DNA of 36,671 nucleotides from a virus. The position numbers were made by a program, and so were the translations under genes. The stretch lies in the IMG/VR virus record IMGVR_UViG_3300020731_000011. One strand, given 5' to 3'. The notes under the pieces were generated by a model that saw nothing but the letters and a program-made list of their open reading frames with translations, did no database searches and was not told the origin of the DNA. Positions 36,101 through 36,671 of this stretch are shown here, one piece after another (position 1 is the stretch's first letter; each line of letters starts with the position of its first letter).

Positions 36101-36352
36101 TCACTTGCAATAAGATCTTCTTTGATCAATATAACATCATTGCCTAGACCTAATTTTTTAGCAATAGATGAAGGATTTGGTGCATTAGATCATAGTAATA
36201 TGAATAATATATCTATACTTTTAAATTATCTTAAAACTCAATTTAAGTTTATTATTATGATTTCTCATATTGATACAATAAGAGATGTTGTAGATTCTCA
36301 TATTGAAATAGTAAAAAATAAAGAAGGTGTGTCTAGCGTTAGATTTCAATAA
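33191..36352 (+). CDS. Fused SbcD-SbcC (Mre11-Rad50; T4 gp47-gp46-like) nuclease-ATPase
   Basis: Nuclease motifs SDIH, GDIVH, GNHD, GDIH. ATPase motifs: Walker A ANANGKSS, coiled coil with CQFC hook, SSGME, IDEGFGALD, ISH. Confidence 0.92.
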   Translation: MLNPHIIETSIKKISKIYHISDIHFRNFKRHEEYRRVMNTLADYIKNTKNDESIICITGDIVHSKTDITPELVQEVQNFIKLMASLLPTLIIPGNHDANLNNNQRLDSLSPIINAVSEKNIIYIKDTGVYKFANIDFIHWSVFDDPKNYIKASDIDSDFKICMYHGPVNSSLTDAGFLLEDNSISVSDFKGYDIVLLGDIHKRQFLNEAKTIAYPGSLIMQNHAESLVHGILVWDIDSKTSEFVEIKNDTCFYTINVENGLYEDAPTTIPNNVYIRLRTKNTSQSRIKEIGAELRKDRNVIELSLQSINDFSSSSIKQQSNIINVRDIEYQNSILSEYLNTKFNLSEEEIIKICALNRQFNENLPKSETTRNLQWTIKKFEFSNMFSYGKDNIIDFTNMTGVYGIFAANANGKSSVIEALTYCLFDKCSKTSKASLVMNNKSKDFHCKIEFEFNNKTYIIEKNAKRQKSDHVKLDVNFYHIDENGVEISLNGKERADTNSIIRSYIGTYEDFVLTSMSMQNNNTGFIDMSQTERKDLLSQFLDIKIFEDLSFVANEKQKEHSILIKEYKKIDHFEKLKDIELNISAYSNEYRNLQIKKDEIETNHESINSEYISLNSKLINIENNYIDIKEYENNKIKIEGDIKKIEEKLEKSEKIIQDIDDEILKIESSILEIDIDSLNQKSIQIQDYIKIEKDLSIQVEKLKTEMSHKLEKMKKLKDLKYDKNCQFCMENVFVKDAIATEASIERHKENATEVINKLKKIREDIAELKIYEKSIDLYNTLEKSLSDKKINKLKAQTDHHRLSLELNQSNKDLGEYENMILKYREQEAAIESNKEISAQLKELKNKINIIKNELNIINNEIAQCNTDLQLAQKEKIITEQSIEKLKTLENEFKYYNYYLMAVSRDGLPYNLISSVIPKIQDDINNILSQIVDFHIMIQSDGKNINTYIVYEDSKIWPIELSSGMEKFISSLAIRSSLINITSLPRPNFLAIDEGFGALDHSNMNNISILLNYLKTQFKFIIMISHIDTIRDVVDSHIEIVKNKEGVSSVRFQ

Positions 36353-36366
36353 TGATATTTATAAGC

Positions 36367-36671
36367 ATGGAATTACAGAAAAAAGCACAAATATTAGTAG
36401 ATTTTATAAATTTTTGTAAAAAGGCTCTAGAAATTGAAAAGTTGCCAAAGATCAAATTTATATCTGATAAAAATTGGGTCTTAGGAAAAAGAACTTTTGG
36501 AGAATATTCAAATCAAACCAGATCTCTTGTAGTCTATATTAAAAATAGAAATCTTGCTGATATATGTAGGACACTATCCCATGAGCTTGCTCATCATAGA
36601 CAAAATGAATTAGGACTATTACAACCAGATTCAGGAGAGACTGGAAGCCCTATTGAAAATGACGCACACGA
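36367..36671 (+). CDS. 3'-truncated HExxH metallopeptidase-like protein
   Basis: MELQKK...RTLSHELAHHRQ...IENDAH runs off the window. Preceded by ATATTTATA (36355-36363). Confidence 0.75.
   Translation, partial: MELQKKAQILVDFINFCKKALEIEKLPKIKFISDKNWVLGKRTFGEYSNQTRSLVVYIKNRNLADICRTLSHELAHHRQNELGLLQPDSGETGSPIENDAH

Noticed and set aside
1-36671. tmRNA, tRNA or CRISPR array accompanying SmpB
   Set aside because: Intergenic gaps are short and AT-rich. No GC-rich acceptor stem with a T-loop and no regularly spaced repeats were seen by eye. A covariance-model search is needed to exclude divergent RNAs.
1-36671. Stop-codon reassignment
   Set aside because: Long conserved genes are intact in the standard code, and TAA, TAG and TGA all occur as plausible terminators.

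Overview
This is a very AT-rich, gene-dense segment of a large tailed (myovirus-like) bacteriophage genome. The host is probably Bacteroidota, inferred from a TTG-N21-TAnnTTTG promoter and A-rich starts without Shine-Dalgarno sequences. There are three blocks. (1) 1-12251, + strand: accessory, nucleotide and repair genes (metallophosphoesterase, holin-like protein, DRB0094/Rnl2-type RNA ligase, a DfrB/R67-DHFR-like SH3 protein, a minimal ADP-ribosyltransferase-fold protein, thymidylate synthase, UvsE, GH73 hydrolase, guanylate kinase) among many small ORFs. (2) 12313-32119, - strand: a glutaredoxin-like protein, a degenerate HD protein, SmpB and a gp55-like sigma factor, then a baseplate/tail module (spike-like, gp25-like, gp6-like, DNRLRE-like, a 1757-aa protein, tail-collar-like paralogs) with an embedded DUF1003 membrane gene and a terminal GIY-YIG nuclease. 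(3) 32262-end, + strand: primase, a fused SbcD-SbcC (Mre11-Rad50) nuclease-ATPase and a truncated HExxH protein. The most notable observations are phage SmpB with an altered tail, a DfrB-like protein near thyA, an HD pseudoenzyme, a recurrent ATATTTAT upstream motif, and a split tail gene carrying a lectin-like insertion. No tRNA, tmRNA or CRISPR array was seen. All family calls are by motif recognition; no database searches were run.
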